The notes: a model not told the origin generated them from the letters alone. Positions 19,266 to 30,201 are shown, counted from the stretch's first letter. The stretch is DNA of 64,000 bases from Promethearchaeota archaeon (GCA_029838195.1 JALGVJ010000004.1:160001-224000); one strand, 5' to 3'. Numbers and translations: made by a program.

Positions 19266-20513
19266 TTAAAAACTCACATTTGGTAAATGGTGAATAAATT
19301 CTTTTACTAATTCAACCCGTTCTTTACGTTCTTTTCTATAATAACGCAAGGGATATAACTCATTAATTACAAATTTGTAAATTTTTATCCATGTTTTAGC
19401 TACTTCACTAATTTTGTATCGAGATGCTATTTTTTTTGCTTTTTTTCCGAACTCTTCACGCAATGATTCATCTTTTAATAATTTTAAAACATATTCTTCA
19501 AATTCATGTAAATTATTGGCAAGAAAACCAGTCTCTCCATGTCGAATTACATCACGGATTCCATACCCATTTGCACCAACATTTGGCGTACCTTGTGCCA
19601 TGGCTTCAATTAAAACCAATCCTTCGGCTTCTACCCAGCTCCATAAACAAGTTAAATCTGCAGCATTATAAAGTTTCAATAAATCTTCAAAGGGCACCAT
19701 TCCTAAATAGGAAACGCAATTCTCCAAGCGCCATTTTCTAATAAATCTTTTTACTAATCCTGTAGAAGGCCCAGAGTTTCCAACTATAACAAAATGGGAA
19801 TCCGGATCTTTCTTGTGAATGTTTTTAAATGTTTTTATCAAGCTTATGGGATGTTTTTCTGGAGACAATCGGGCCGCAGATAATAAGATTTTTTTATCTT
19901 GCAAGTTGTATTTTTCCCGTATTCCATTTTCCTTGACGTTTTGAAAATAATAATCATGTATGCCGTTGGTAAGACATATAATGGGTTCTTTGAATTTTTT
20001 CTCTCTTAATAATTTCTTTTTGGATTTTGTTGCCACGTGAACTAAATCATATTTATCGACGACATGTCGCTCATAGCGCCAAATAATATCACTATTTGCT
20101 AAAAGACTTCCTAAAAAGGGAACATATTGAGCTGTATAGAATGTCATAGGACTATTATGAGTACCGATCATCGGGATTCCCAAATATTTTGCCCAGTTGA
20201 TTGCCATGGAACCAATGGTCGCATGGGTGTGAATATGAGCTATATCCAGATAATCTTCTTTACAAAAAAAGATTTTATGGATGGGTACGCTCAATACAAA
20301 ACCCGTATCTTTTGAAATCCTCGCTCCCCCTAAATCGTGGTAATAAAGATTTTTTGGCTTCTTATAGCCATTTTCAATTCTGGGGGCAAAAACATGAACA
20401 TTATGGCCTGTTTTAGCAATAGCTTCACTCAAGAATCTAACGGCATGTGCGGTCCCGTTAATTTGAGAATACATGCAACTGAAAAATCCAATGTTAAGTG
20501 CTTGTTTAGCCAT
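19266..20513 (-). CDS. GT4 family glycosyltransferase (similar to glycolipid glucosyltransferases)
   Basis: YSQINGTAH, GHNVHVFAP, HIHT, TNGI, RLSPEK, EAEGLVLIEAMAQGTP. Confidence 0.88.
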   Translation of the reverse strand: MAKQALNIGFFSCMYSQINGTAHAVRFLSEAIAKTGHNVHVFAPRIENGYKKPKNLYYHDLGGARISKDTGFVLSVPIHKIFFCKEDYLDIAHIHTHATIGSMAINWAKYLGIPMIGTHNSPMTFYTAQYVPFLGSLLANSDIIWRYERHVVDKYDLVHVATKSKKKLLREKKFKEPIICLTNGIHDYYFQNVKENGIREKYNLQDKKILLSAARLSPEKHPISLIKTFKNIHKKDPDSHFVIVGNSGPSTGLVKRFIRKWRLENCVSYLGMVPFEDLLKLYNAADLTCLWSWVEAEGLVLIEAMAQGTPNVGANGYGIRDVIRHGETGFLANNLHEFEEYVLKLLKDESLREEFGKKAKKIASRYKISEVAKTWIKIYKFVINELYPLRYYRKERKERVELVKEFIHHLPNVSF

Positions 20514-20869
20514 TGCTTACCTCTTTTAAAATAATGAATTCCTATTTTAAGAGCTCTTTAATTAAGAATCAGGAGAGGAGTTCATTTAATTGAAAAATTA
20601 TCTCTCCATATTTATATAAACAATCGTTTCATTAAAAAATAAAATGTTTTAATAAAAATTTTTCTTGGTTTTAATAACGATTAATTAAATATTTTCATGA
20701 ATTTTCAAATATTTATTCAAAATAGGAGACAAATGTTCTTAATAGAGAGTTCAGAAAGAGTTTTGTACTTTTTAAAAATTTATTTTTATTTTCAAACTTT
20801 CTCTAATTAGTACAAAAATTTTTTTTTTGATACATAATTAATGCATGTTAGAATTCTTTAATTAATGGA

Positions 20870-21055
20870 ATGATCATGGACGAAGCAGAGAAAAGAAAAA
20901 TCGAACAAGATATTATTAAGAAAAGAAGATTACCTTATTCATTAGATTTAATAGAAGTTAACGGAGATAAATACGTAGTGTTGAATAATTATGGCTCTAC
21001 GATAACTTATATTAAAAAAGGCGATGAATACTTCTTGGAAGAGGAATTAAAATAA
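20870..21055 (+). CDS. Small hypothetical protein (61 aa)
   Basis: Protein-like composition in an otherwise very AT-rich spacer; T-tract after the stop. Confidence 0.6.
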   Translation: MIMDEAEKRKIEQDIIKKRRLPYSLDLIEVNGDKYVVLNNYGSTITYIKKGDEYFLEEELK

Positions 21056-21368
21056 CTCCTTTTTATTCTCATAAATAAGATTGAGTTAATAATGGGAGAT
21101 TTTTTTAAGAAAATAAAGAGATAATAAACTCATTTTTAATTAACTAAAATTTAATTTTAATCAAGTGAAACTAGTATTTTAAAATCATGCGGATTAGATG
21201 CTACACTTGATTAATTTAATGATATTAACAAACTCGCCGAGAAATAAGAATTTCTCTCACTTAATAATTCATTATAGATAAGAATTTAAGAAAAAATTAT
21301 TTTTATTAAATTAAGAAATATTAATTTTCAATGACGTTATAAAGTGGGGAAAGATTCAAAGACGAAGG

Positions 21369-22535
21369 ATGGATTCTACTGATTCAGGAAGTAACTTGAG
21401 TGAAAAATTTCGAGCGTGCGTGAATGAGCATACATCTTTATCTATGTATAAAAAAAGAGAAAATTTTTACTGCATTATTCGAAAAGATTTATCTAAACCT
21501 TATGAGGTAGATGTAGATGCGTCCGAAGCGCCTATTACAAATAAAATGACAAAGGTCGCAGAACCATACGAAATCAGTATTGCTGATTTAAAGATTTTAG
21601 AAGATGAAGTATTTCCCATTAATGAGGCAATTAAAAAAGTATTCGGCCCTGAAAATGAGTTGAAATTAAAAACGATTACCTTAGCGATTGGGGGTAGCAT
21701 TACCGATTATGTCACGGTTGATAAAGGCGATTTAATAAAATTTGATGTAACCCCTACTCTTACCGGCTTGATGGAATTCGTGGAAGAAAACAATGAGAGC
21801 ATAATAGGATTCCTAAATTCTGAATATATTAGTGAAGAGGGAAATGTAATTTATTTAAATTGTGGAAGAGAAAAACTATCCAAAAACATTCTTTCGATTA
21901 AATTAAAAATTTTAGCTTCCATGCAACAACGAGGATTATTCTTGCAACAAGAACATAAATATTATGGACTTCAATTATACGTCATTATTGCCTCTCGAGT
22001 ACAAGATGATAATAAATTATTAGAATTCTTAAAAGAATTAGGAATTGATTGGGAGTTAATCTTTTTTAGAAGAAGATTAGCCATTCATGATTGGATTCAA
22101 ATCGAATGTGAGAAAGATAAAGAAAATCTAAAAGGATTCTTACGAGCTAAATATAAAACTTTAAACTATTTTGATGTTAATAATATCACTCTAGTGGTCG
22201 TTAAAAACGAATTACCTTTTATTGTTGCAGATAAAATGGCTTCACTTCTCTCTAACATGAAATCTGAACGTATTAATCAATCCAAGGGGGAATCCTTACA
22301 AGATTCGGCAAGGAGCTCAAGGCTTTCAACCAGAAGAACCTATTATACCCGAGATTTTTATCAACCGAGGGATCACCAAGGAGAAGAATATTCTATAACT
22401 TTAAAAAAAGCAGAAATCGCTGCTGCTGCTAAACTAGCATGTGCTTACTTGGGAATTCAAAAACAAATGGAGTTTGATAGAGATATTCCCATAACTGAAA
22501 TTTTAAAATATCAAGAAGAATTAACCAATATTTAA
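21369..22535 (+). CDS. Hypothetical soluble protein; possible remote PIWI/RNase H-fold resemblance (speculative)
   Basis: 388-aa ORF with no clear family motif; see findings. Confidence 0.7.
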   Translation: MDSTDSGSNLSEKFRACVNEHTSLSMYKKRENFYCIIRKDLSKPYEVDVDASEAPITNKMTKVAEPYEISIADLKILEDEVFPINEAIKKVFGPENELKLKTITLAIGGSITDYVTVDKGDLIKFDVTPTLTGLMEFVEENNESIIGFLNSEYISEEGNVIYLNCGREKLSKNILSIKLKILASMQQRGLFLQQEHKYYGLQLYVIIASRVQDDNKLLEFLKELGIDWELIFFRRRLAIHDWIQIECEKDKENLKGFLRAKYKTLNYFDVNNITLVVVKNELPFIVADKMASLLSNMKSERINQSKGESLQDSARSSRLSTRRTYYTRDFYQPRDHQGEEYSITLKKAEIAAAAKLACAYLGIQKQMEFDRDIPITEILKYQEELTNI

Positions 22536-22578
22536 TTAGTGATAATTAAAATAAAAAATAAAAAAAAATAAGATTCGT

Positions 22579-23586
22579 TCACTCTAATCCGTAAGAAGTT
22601 TTTAATAACTCGTGATTTACTTTTCCTACCGTAATAGTTTTTCCGGTTCTTAGATTATTTATCGTGTATGTTGCTGGAGCAAAAAGCCCAGGATCGATTT
22701 TATAAAAATCATAGTCTGCTTCTTTAAATATGACATTAAATGGTTTTCCATAACTTGATGATTGATTTGCTGGAGCTTTCTTTAAAATCTCAATAATTTC
22801 TGGCTCTTTTTCTTTTTCAGCATCAATTACATAAAAAGTAGATCCGGCAGCGATAATAGAATCATTAGTCAATCCCATGGCCGTAAAATCATCTTTAGCA
22901 ATGGGAGCGATGGTGGTAATTCCAAATCCTTCTTTAATTACATCTAATGGAAAATGTAGTTCATGCAATTTGTGAATCCCCGTTTCTACAATTCGAGCAG
23001 CAACTTGAATTGAACCTGTCAAGCAAGCAGTGGGAGCACAGACGGCATACGTATTTTCTGCGGGTACCTTACAATTATCCGTAATTATTTGCATTACTTC
23101 TTCATTCGGCATTTCTCTCGTCTCAAAAACAATAACCGCACAGTTAGAATTATCCGTGTAATCTAACTCTTCGAAAAGCTTTTCTTTCTTTGCTTTAGAT
23201 CTCGCTGGACCTGAGCCTAATGACTGGAAAACGACTTTCTTCTTAATTTTTCCATCTTTTTCCACTTCTTTTTTTAGTTTTACGCTCCATCCGGCTAATT
23301 GCGAGGCTAAACAAGAGATGATGGGATGAGAGGTATGAACATTGACTGCTGGAAGAAAATGTCCATCCACCTTGTAAGATGTAAATTCTACTGTTCCAAG
23401 ACCCCCCATGCAAATTTCGCCTACTAATTTTCCGCCAATCCATCCCGCATGAGTCATATCTACAATGGTTTGGCCGGAGGTTAATTTAATTACTTTTGCA
23501 CCATAGAGAGTCTGATTTTTTATAATATCTTCTACAATTTTTAGGGCTAAATCATTAACATTAATTTGTTCCAAAAAATTCACCAT
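22579..23586 (-). CDS. mch: Methenyl-tetrahydromethanopterin cyclohydrolase
   Basis: EICMGGLG, CLASQLAGW, LGSGPAR, APTACLTGSIQVAARIVETGIHKL, TNDSIIAAG, YGKPF, DFYKIDPGLFAPA. Confidence 0.96.
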   Translation of the reverse strand: MVNFLEQINVNDLALKIVEDIIKNQTLYGAKVIKLTSGQTIVDMTHAGWIGGKLVGEICMGGLGTVEFTSYKVDGHFLPAVNVHTSHPIISCLASQLAGWSVKLKKEVEKDGKIKKKVVFQSLGSGPARSKAKKEKLFEELDYTDNSNCAVIVFETREMPNEEVMQIITDNCKVPAENTYAVCAPTACLTGSIQVAARIVETGIHKLHELHFPLDVIKEGFGITTIAPIAKDDFTAMGLTNDSIIAAGSTFYVIDAEKEKEPEIIEILKKAPANQSSSYGKPFNVIFKEADYDFYKIDPGLFAPATYTINNLRTGKTITVGKVNHELLKTSYGLE

Positions 23587-23762
23587 TAATGATGTTTTTA
23601 TAATTTTTTAGGTAAAATGATTTTTAAATTTTTAGAATTTTACTGAAATCTTCCAGCATAAAGTCATGATTTAAGCATGAAAAAATTTAAAATTATAATT
23701 AGTTTTTAATATCAAACACGGAATGTTATACATGAAAAATCAAGAAAAACGAATGACATATT

Positions 23763-25283
23763 ATGGACAAGAAAGATCATCGAATCTTGATGTTTTTGGA
23801 TGAAATAAGAAAAGCTTTGAATTATTTTCTAGAACATTATCATGAAAATTCTGCACCTGTTCAAATTTACACGCATTTAGATTCAGATGGATTAACTTCA
23901 GGGGCAATTTTAGGAAAAGCCTTATACAGGGAACAAATTCCTTTTCAAATTCGAGTATTGAAACAATTAGAAAAAAACGAAATTAAAAAATTAAAGGAAT
24001 CGGCTAAAAAATTAAAGAATTTCATTATTTTTTCGGATTTTGGTAGTGGACAGTACAAGGAATTAGTCGAAAGTTTAAATAATACGGAAAAGCCCATATA
24101 TTTTCTCATTTTAGACCATCACCTTCCTCAATCTGTTTCAAGCAAGGAAGAGATTGAATTACTTGAAAAAATTCACGTGCAGACCTCCCCTTTTCATGTT
24201 AATCCTTATTTTCAAAATATTGATGGAAGTTCAGAAATTTCTGGAGCGGGTGTTTGTTATTATTTTTCTAAAGCATTGAATGAAAAAAACGTGGATTTGT
24301 CCGGTCTTGCCATTATAGGTGCTTTAGGAGATATTCAAAATCAAGGAACACATAAATCTTTTAAAGGTGTGAATGAATTAATTTTAAAGGATGCCGTGGA
24401 TATGGGTCTTGTAAAGGTTATTGATGACTTGAATTTTTCAACCACAAGACCATTAAATGAAGCTCTCGCCTATTCCTCTGATATTTACATGCCTGGTTTG
24501 AGTAATGACGTGAATAAATCATTAAAATTTTTACAATCCATAGGAATTTTAATAGAAAAATCTGATGGGCAGATAAAAACACTCTCTGATTTAACTAAAA
24601 AAGAAAAACAAAAATTAACTTCTGCCATAATAGAATATATTTCCATGAAAATGGACGTAGATCCTGGCGAATTTATTAGTCGGCTAATAGTAAACAAGTA
24701 TATTTTAGCCCAAGAGCCCGAAAATACAATTCTTAAAGATATGGGTGAATTTTCTAACCTTCTAAATTCTTGCGGCAGGACAAACAATGCCTCTTTAGGA
24801 ATTGCTATTGCAATGGGAAACAGAACGGACGCTCTCACCAAGGCATTAGAAAACCTACAAGAATACAAGAAAACCTTAATGAACGCATTAAATTGGTTAA
24901 AAGAAGAAGATAAGATTAAACAAAAGAACTATCTTCAATATTTCTATGGGGAAAACATGATAAATGAGAATATCGTGGGAACAATTGCAACCATGCTAAT
25001 TTTTGAAAAAGGACCGGTAATCGATTTAAATAAACCCATATTTGGTCTGGCAGAAAGAAAAGAAGAGCAAGTGTTTAAAGTTTCTGCAAGAGCAAGCAAG
25101 GAATTAGTGGAAAAAGGATTGAATTTATCTGAAGTGATTAGAGAAGCTTGTAAAAGAACTAACATTGACGTGTTAGGCGGCGGCCATCCTCCTGCTGCTG
25201 GCACGAAAGTGCCTCTTGATCGAGCCGAGATTTTTTTAGAACAGTGCAATGAAGTAATAAAAATTCAACTCTCTTCCCAATGA
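23763..25283 (+). CDS. recJ: Archaeal RecJ-like DHH/DHHA1 phosphoesterase (ssDNA exonuclease; Cdc45-related family)
   Basis: THLDSDG, SDFG, LDHH, HVNP, EISGAG, GALGD, LLNSCGR, SAR, GGGHPPAAG. Confidence 0.88.
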   Translation: MDKKDHRILMFLDEIRKALNYFLEHYHENSAPVQIYTHLDSDGLTSGAILGKALYREQIPFQIRVLKQLEKNEIKKLKESAKKLKNFIIFSDFGSGQYKELVESLNNTEKPIYFLILDHHLPQSVSSKEEIELLEKIHVQTSPFHVNPYFQNIDGSSEISGAGVCYYFSKALNEKNVDLSGLAIIGALGDIQNQGTHKSFKGVNELILKDAVDMGLVKVIDDLNFSTTRPLNEALAYSSDIYMPGLSNDVNKSLKFLQSIGILIEKSDGQIKTLSDLTKKEKQKLTSAIIEYISMKMDVDPGEFISRLIVNKYILAQEPENTILKDMGEFSNLLNSCGRTNNASLGIAIAMGNRTDALTKALENLQEYKKTLMNALNWLKEEDKIKQKNYLQYFYGENMINENIVGTIATMLIFEKGPVIDLNKPIFGLAERKEEQVFKVSARASKELVEKGLNLSEVIREACKRTNIDVLGGGHPPAAGTKVPLDRAEIFLEQCNEVIKIQLSSQ

Positions 25284-25313
25284 AATAAACCTTACATGTT
25301 TTCCTTTTAAATT

Positions 25314-26618
25314 TTAAATCATGTATTCTTCTCCAATTTCTGGAGCAACGGAATTATATCCCTTTTTTACTAATGAACTAGAAAAACGGGTAGTAGATTT
25401 TTCATCCCCATGGATGCAAAACACTTGAGAACCATCCCGGAATTTCAAACCATTTACATATTCAAGTAATTGAGTTCCATCAGCATGAGAAGAAAAATCA
25501 AAATATTCATAATCACATTTAGCTACCACCCTTATTGGAGAGAGATCTTCTACAACACTTCCATGATCTCGTTTATAATCAAAATACCCCTTATCTAATA
25601 AGGTTCTTCCTGGGCTATCCTCAACTTGATACCCCACAAAGTATATAGCAGATAAAGGATCCCTCAAAATGGTTTTTAAATATTCCATTACGGCACCTCC
25701 TTTTAACATGCCACTAGATGCGATAAAAACAGCATTTTCTTTTTTAATGGAACCCCTATCTATTTGTCTTGATATAAATTTTGCTTTTTTCAATGCTTTT
25801 TTATAAATTTTATAATCTTTTAACGCTTCGGGATAGTTTAAGTAACTCGTACAAATTTTTCGTGATAGACCATCCACATAAATTTGATCATTATAATTGT
25901 ATTTATGTAAAATTAACAATACTTCTTGGGAACGCGCAACCGCAAACGCCGGAATCAATATTTTGCCTCCATTGCTTATTACATTTGATATCTTGTCAAC
26001 AAAATTTTTCTCAAGCATCTCTCTATTAGGATGAGTTTTCAAGGCATATGTAGACTCAATAATCAAGCAATCAATGGGAGGTAAATTTTCTGTAGAAGTA
26101 GGAAAGCATAAATTAGTGTTTTGGGTGTTGATATCGCCCGAATATAAGATGTTTTTCCCATCTACTTCTATTAAAATAGACACGCTTCCGGGAATATGTC
26201 CTGCATTAATAAAGGTTATATAGAAATTTTCATCAATTTTTTGCCGAATCCCTTCCTCTAAAAACCAAGCATTATTTCTTAACTTTTCTAATTCTCTATA
26301 TCCAAATTGAAAATTATACTTGGAAATATTTAATGAGTCTTTAATTAAAATTTCAGAAATTCTTAATGAAATAGGATTGGTATAAAAAGGTACTTGTTTC
26401 TCTTTATATAATTTAGGGAGGGCTCCCGAATGATCAACATGAGCGTGTGTTAAAGCAACACCTTTAAGATTTTTTATATTAACTGGAAGGGGGAGTCTTG
26501 CATCTTTTTGAAATCCAATACCGTAATCTAATATACATTTTCTTCCATTATTAGAAGTTATTAAAATTCCTGCTCTTCCAATTTCACGGCATGAACCTAA
26601 AAACGTTATTTTCGTCAT
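25314..26618 (-). CDS. Metallo-beta-lactamase/beta-CASP ribonuclease (aCPSF2-like, no KH domains)
   Basis: FLGSCREIGR, LDYG, THAHVDHSG, AGHIPGS, YSGD, IESTY, PAFAVARSQE, SSHAD, IHGD. Confidence 0.92.
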   Translation of the reverse strand: MTKITFLGSCREIGRAGILITSNNGRKCILDYGIGFQKDARLPLPVNIKNLKGVALTHAHVDHSGALPKLYKEKQVPFYTNPISLRISEILIKDSLNISKYNFQFGYRELEKLRNNAWFLEEGIRQKIDENFYITFINAGHIPGSVSILIEVDGKNILYSGDINTQNTNLCFPTSTENLPPIDCLIIESTYALKTHPNREMLEKNFVDKISNVISNGGKILIPAFAVARSQEVLLILHKYNYNDQIYVDGLSRKICTSYLNYPEALKDYKIYKKALKKAKFISRQIDRGSIKKENAVFIASSGMLKGGAVMEYLKTILRDPLSAIYFVGYQVEDSPGRTLLDKGYFDYKRDHGSVVEDLSPIRVVAKCDYEYFDFSSHADGTQLLEYVNGLKFRDGSQVFCIHGDEKSTTRFSSSLVKKGYNSVAPEIGEEYMI

Positions 26619-26888
26619 TTTTAAAGCATTAATAAAATATAGAAATAGTAAACAAGTTAACGTCTTATTTGATTTAATAATTTCAAAAAGATTAATTTTT
26701 GCATTTTTAGAAATTGATGAAATTATTCATTAATTTAAAATTTTATAAAGAATTTTTAAATTATTTTTAGAAAAACATGGGTTTTGCTTGGATAATGGGA
26801 TTTAAAAAAACTCAATATCATTAAAATTTTAATTAATCTAAAATAAAAAGTAAATATACTCTAAACAATTAAAAATAGGGATATTTTC

Positions 26889-27752
26889 ATGAAATTCGAA
26901 GGAAAAGCAGAAATTGGAATTATAGGTGGAACTGGTTCGGATCTGGAATTGGAAAATGCCGAAGATGTTAAAATCTACACGCCTTATGGAAAAACTTCAG
27001 ATTTCATTAAAATTGGAAATTTTCAAGGAAAACGGATTGCTTTTATTCCACGTCATGGAACGGGCCATGTCATTCCCCCTCACCAATTGAATTCGCGGGC
27101 AAATATTTGGGCTCTAAAAGAATTGGGTGTTCAATGCATCATTTCACCCAGTGCTGTAGGCTCTTTAAGAAAAGAACATGGAAAAGGAAAATTCCTTTTG
27201 GTTGATCAATATATAGATCGCACGAAAAAGCGGTTAGATACATTCTATGAAGGAGGGCAAGTATGCCATATATCCCAAGCCGAACCTTATTGCGATTATC
27301 TCAATGGATTATTTCATGATAAAGGGAAAACGATTGAGGGATTGGAAATTCAAAAAGGAGGGACATACGTGTGCATTGAAGGTCCCCGATTCTCCACGAG
27401 AGCTGAATCTATAATGTTTCGGACCTGGGGCGGAGATATAATTGGCATGACCACTTATCCGGAAGTAGTATTGGCTGCTGAAAAAGAAATGTGCTATTGC
27501 TGCATCGCCATGGTCACGGATTTAGATGTATGGGCGGGAGAGTGCCCAAATTGTGGAATTGTTGAATATCAAGAGAAATGTGAAAAATGTGGAGGCCCTG
27601 TTAATAAACTGGCTGTAAGCATAAATGAAATATTAGAGACTATGGAAAAAAATACCAAGAACTTAAAAAAGCTATTGGAAATAACCATTCCCGAAATTGA
27701 TACTTCAAGAGATTGTCCATGCAAGCATTCTCTTACGGGAGCAGTAATATAA
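26889..27752 (+). CDS. mtnP: S-methyl-5'-thioadenosine phosphorylase (MTAP) with inserted zinc ribbon
   Basis: IGIIGGTG, TPYG, PRHG, RANIWAL, SAVGSL, DQYIDRT, IEGPRFSTRAES, IGMTTYPE, VTDLD. Confidence 0.92.
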   Translation: MKFEGKAEIGIIGGTGSDLELENAEDVKIYTPYGKTSDFIKIGNFQGKRIAFIPRHGTGHVIPPHQLNSRANIWALKELGVQCIISPSAVGSLRKEHGKGKFLLVDQYIDRTKKRLDTFYEGGQVCHISQAEPYCDYLNGLFHDKGKTIEGLEIQKGGTYVCIEGPRFSTRAESIMFRTWGGDIIGMTTYPEVVLAAEKEMCYCCIAMVTDLDVWAGECPNCGIVEYQEKCEKCGGPVNKLAVSINEILETMEKNTKNLKKLLEITIPEIDTSRDCPCKHSLTGAVI

Positions 27753-27831
27753 AGAAGAAAGAGAAAAAATTAGGGAAAAAATATTCTTTTTTTTATGTTT
27801 CATTCTTTTCATTACCTTTTTCATTTTAATT

Positions 27832-28359
27832 TTATTCCTCTACGGGAATTTGAACTAAGGTATAGACGTCATATTCTTTAAGTAAATCTCGCCCATGCAA
27901 GCTTCCCGTCAGTTCAATTACAAAAGCCACCCCTACAACAGTTCCTCCTGCTTTTTCAATTAATTTACATGCTGCTCTTGCCGTGCCTCCCGTGGCAAGG
28001 AGATCATCGAAGACTAACACTTTATCGCCCTTTTCAATGGCATCAACATGCATTTCTATGGTATCCGTTCCATATTCTAATTCATAGGTCTCGCTTAATG
28101 TTTTATAAGGTAATTTACCGGGCTTTCTAATTAATATAAAACCTGCTCCTAATTGATAGGCAATCACACCTCCAAAGACGTACCCTCGAGCTTCGATTGC
28201 AGCGACTTTATTAATACCTTTCTTTTTATAATGCTTTACAATTTTATCGCATGCCTCTTTAAAAGGAGCATGTACTTTACATAAGGTCGTGATATCTTTA
28301 AATTGAATGCCTGGTTTAGGAAAATCAGGAACATTTCGAATATATTTTTCTAAGTCCAT
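27832..28359 (-). CDS. apt: Adenine phosphoribosyltransferase
   Basis: PDFPKPGIQFKDIT, EARG, RKPGKLP, YELEYG, VFDDLLATGGT. Confidence 0.96.
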   Translation of the reverse strand: MDLEKYIRNVPDFPKPGIQFKDITTLCKVHAPFKEACDKIVKHYKKKGINKVAAIEARGYVFGGVIAYQLGAGFILIRKPGKLPYKTLSETYELEYGTDTIEMHVDAIEKGDKVLVFDDLLATGGTARAACKLIEKAGGTVVGVAFVIELTGSLHGRDLLKEYDVYTLVQIPVEE

Positions 28360-29171
28360 TTTTTAAACTCCTTTACATGACCTTAATTTATTTTCATGTG
28401 ATACATTTTCTATTAATTATTTGAACTATTTAATATAATCGATTTGGTTAGGGGGTCTAACTAATAAATTAAAATTATTATTTATTTTGTTTTATTTAAT
28501 TTCATTTTTCGCGAAATCTTGTTTAGCTCCAACATTATCAATGGATTTGGACACGTTTATCGTTTTCTTATAATTTCTTTTTCCCATCCATAAGAGAATT
28601 CATGTTTTATTGACTAGGTAATTTCAATTTCTTATTTGGAATTAATTAAGATATGAATTTTTTCATGATTTTCATAGAATTCCTCATTGCTTTTTTCATT
28701 AACAAGTATTTTTAATAAATTGTAAAGAGGGTTCCTGTAAATAATGAGATAATCCACGCGGAATATATTGCTAAGGATGATGATCAACACTTAAAATTCG
28801 GTAAATCACGAATTTCATTTAAAATCAATACCTTGGGAATGGATTAATCTAAATTGAGAGTCACGCAAGAATGAGGAATCTTTTTAATATATGCCCCTTA
28901 CTTAATTGAAAAAATCTAAATATCTCAATATTATTATTACCTTATTTTTAAAAGTAGAATCTTACGTCCTATCGTTATTGTTAATATTCCAATCTGGTTT
29001 ACTCCCTTCTTCAAAAGTAATTTAAAATCATTGACACCATCATCGTTTCATTTAGTAAAGGTTTAAAAAGACATTATTTTTTATTATGATCGTACATGTT
29101 TGTTTAACATTTATTTCCAAAAAATTTAAAATGAGATAAAAACTAATTAATCAAATTGAGTGGCTTTTTGA

Positions 29172-30137
29172 ATGAAAATCCTACTTTTTGGACCCGAAAA
29201 TGCCGGAAAAACTTCTCTAATGCGTACCACGTGCTTAGGCTATAATTTCATGAAAGTAGTAAATCTAAAACCAACGAAAGGGATCAGTAGAGAGAATTTT
29301 ATCTTCCGCGGTTTAGTAGAACTCTCCGTTTGGGATGCAGGTGGCCAACAGAGATATTTAGAAAGGTATTTCTCAAAGTCTCAACGAGAGTTAATCTTTT
29401 CTGAAGTCACAACGGCAATTTTCATGGTAGATTCAACTGTTATTGAGGATCGAATAAAAGAAATTTTCAACATGTTTTTAAAATACATTTTCGAATATAG
29501 CCCACATGTTGAGATGGTATACTGTCTATTAAATAAAATTGATCTTCCGAATTCAAAGGAAGATGAGCTTTATGATTTTTTGATCAAAGATATGGACGAC
29601 GATTTGAAGAAAAAGATTGCGTTCACACCCGTTTCTGTCAAGGAAGGAAGTGCTCAACATCGCTTGATTGAAATTTTAGATCATGAAATCATGAAAAATA
29701 CCCTAAGCATGGCTAAAATGGGAAAAATCCAGCATTTTCTTCATGAATTGAAAAGTACCACGATTGCAGAGTATTTATTGTTCAATCAACCAGATGGATT
29801 ATTAATTGCGTCAACATTAGGGAAATTTGAAAGCGAGCCTTTAAAATTTATGAGTTTAAAATTAAGTTTGCCAAATTCTAATATTTATCAGATCTATAAT
29901 AAAATTTCTAAAATGATTGATTTACAACCTTCTTCCTTAACATTATCAAGCATTTTATTTGAATCAGAAACAAGTTATATCATCACGAAGGAGATTAGTA
30001 ATGGTAAGGTTTTATTAGCCGTAACAAAAAATAAGAAACTTGAAGTAATAATGGACGTATTAAAAGCATTAGCTAATCAAAATCTAAAACAATTGGAGGA
30101 GATCTTAGAAGAACAAAATTTAAAAGAAATTTTATAA
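29172..30137 (+). CDS. Rag/Gtr1-like GTPase with C-terminal roadblock/longin-like domain
   Basis: KILLFGPENAGKTS, PTKG, VWDAGGQQRYLERYF..QRELIFSEV, NKID; C-terminal LLFNQPDGLLIAST. Confidence 0.88.
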   Translation: MKILLFGPENAGKTSLMRTTCLGYNFMKVVNLKPTKGISRENFIFRGLVELSVWDAGGQQRYLERYFSKSQRELIFSEVTTAIFMVDSTVIEDRIKEIFNMFLKYIFEYSPHVEMVYCLLNKIDLPNSKEDELYDFLIKDMDDDLKKKIAFTPVSVKEGSAQHRLIEILDHEIMKNTLSMAKMGKIQHFLHELKSTTIAEYLLFNQPDGLLIASTLGKFESEPLKFMSLKLSLPNSNIYQIYNKISKMIDLQPSSLTLSSILFESETSYIITKEISNGKVLLAVTKNKKLEVIMDVLKALANQNLKQLEEILEEQNLKEIL

Positions 30138-30201
30138 AAAAAAATGCGTAAATTAAAATAAAATAGAATTAATTTGAAGGGGAGTTAAAAAAGCATTTTA
30201 T

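Noticed and set aside
28360-29171. Long intergenic region with 30-42 codon open frames and a GATGATGA C-box-like word
   Set aside because: No recognisable homology, SD or matching D box; cannot support a gene or sRNA
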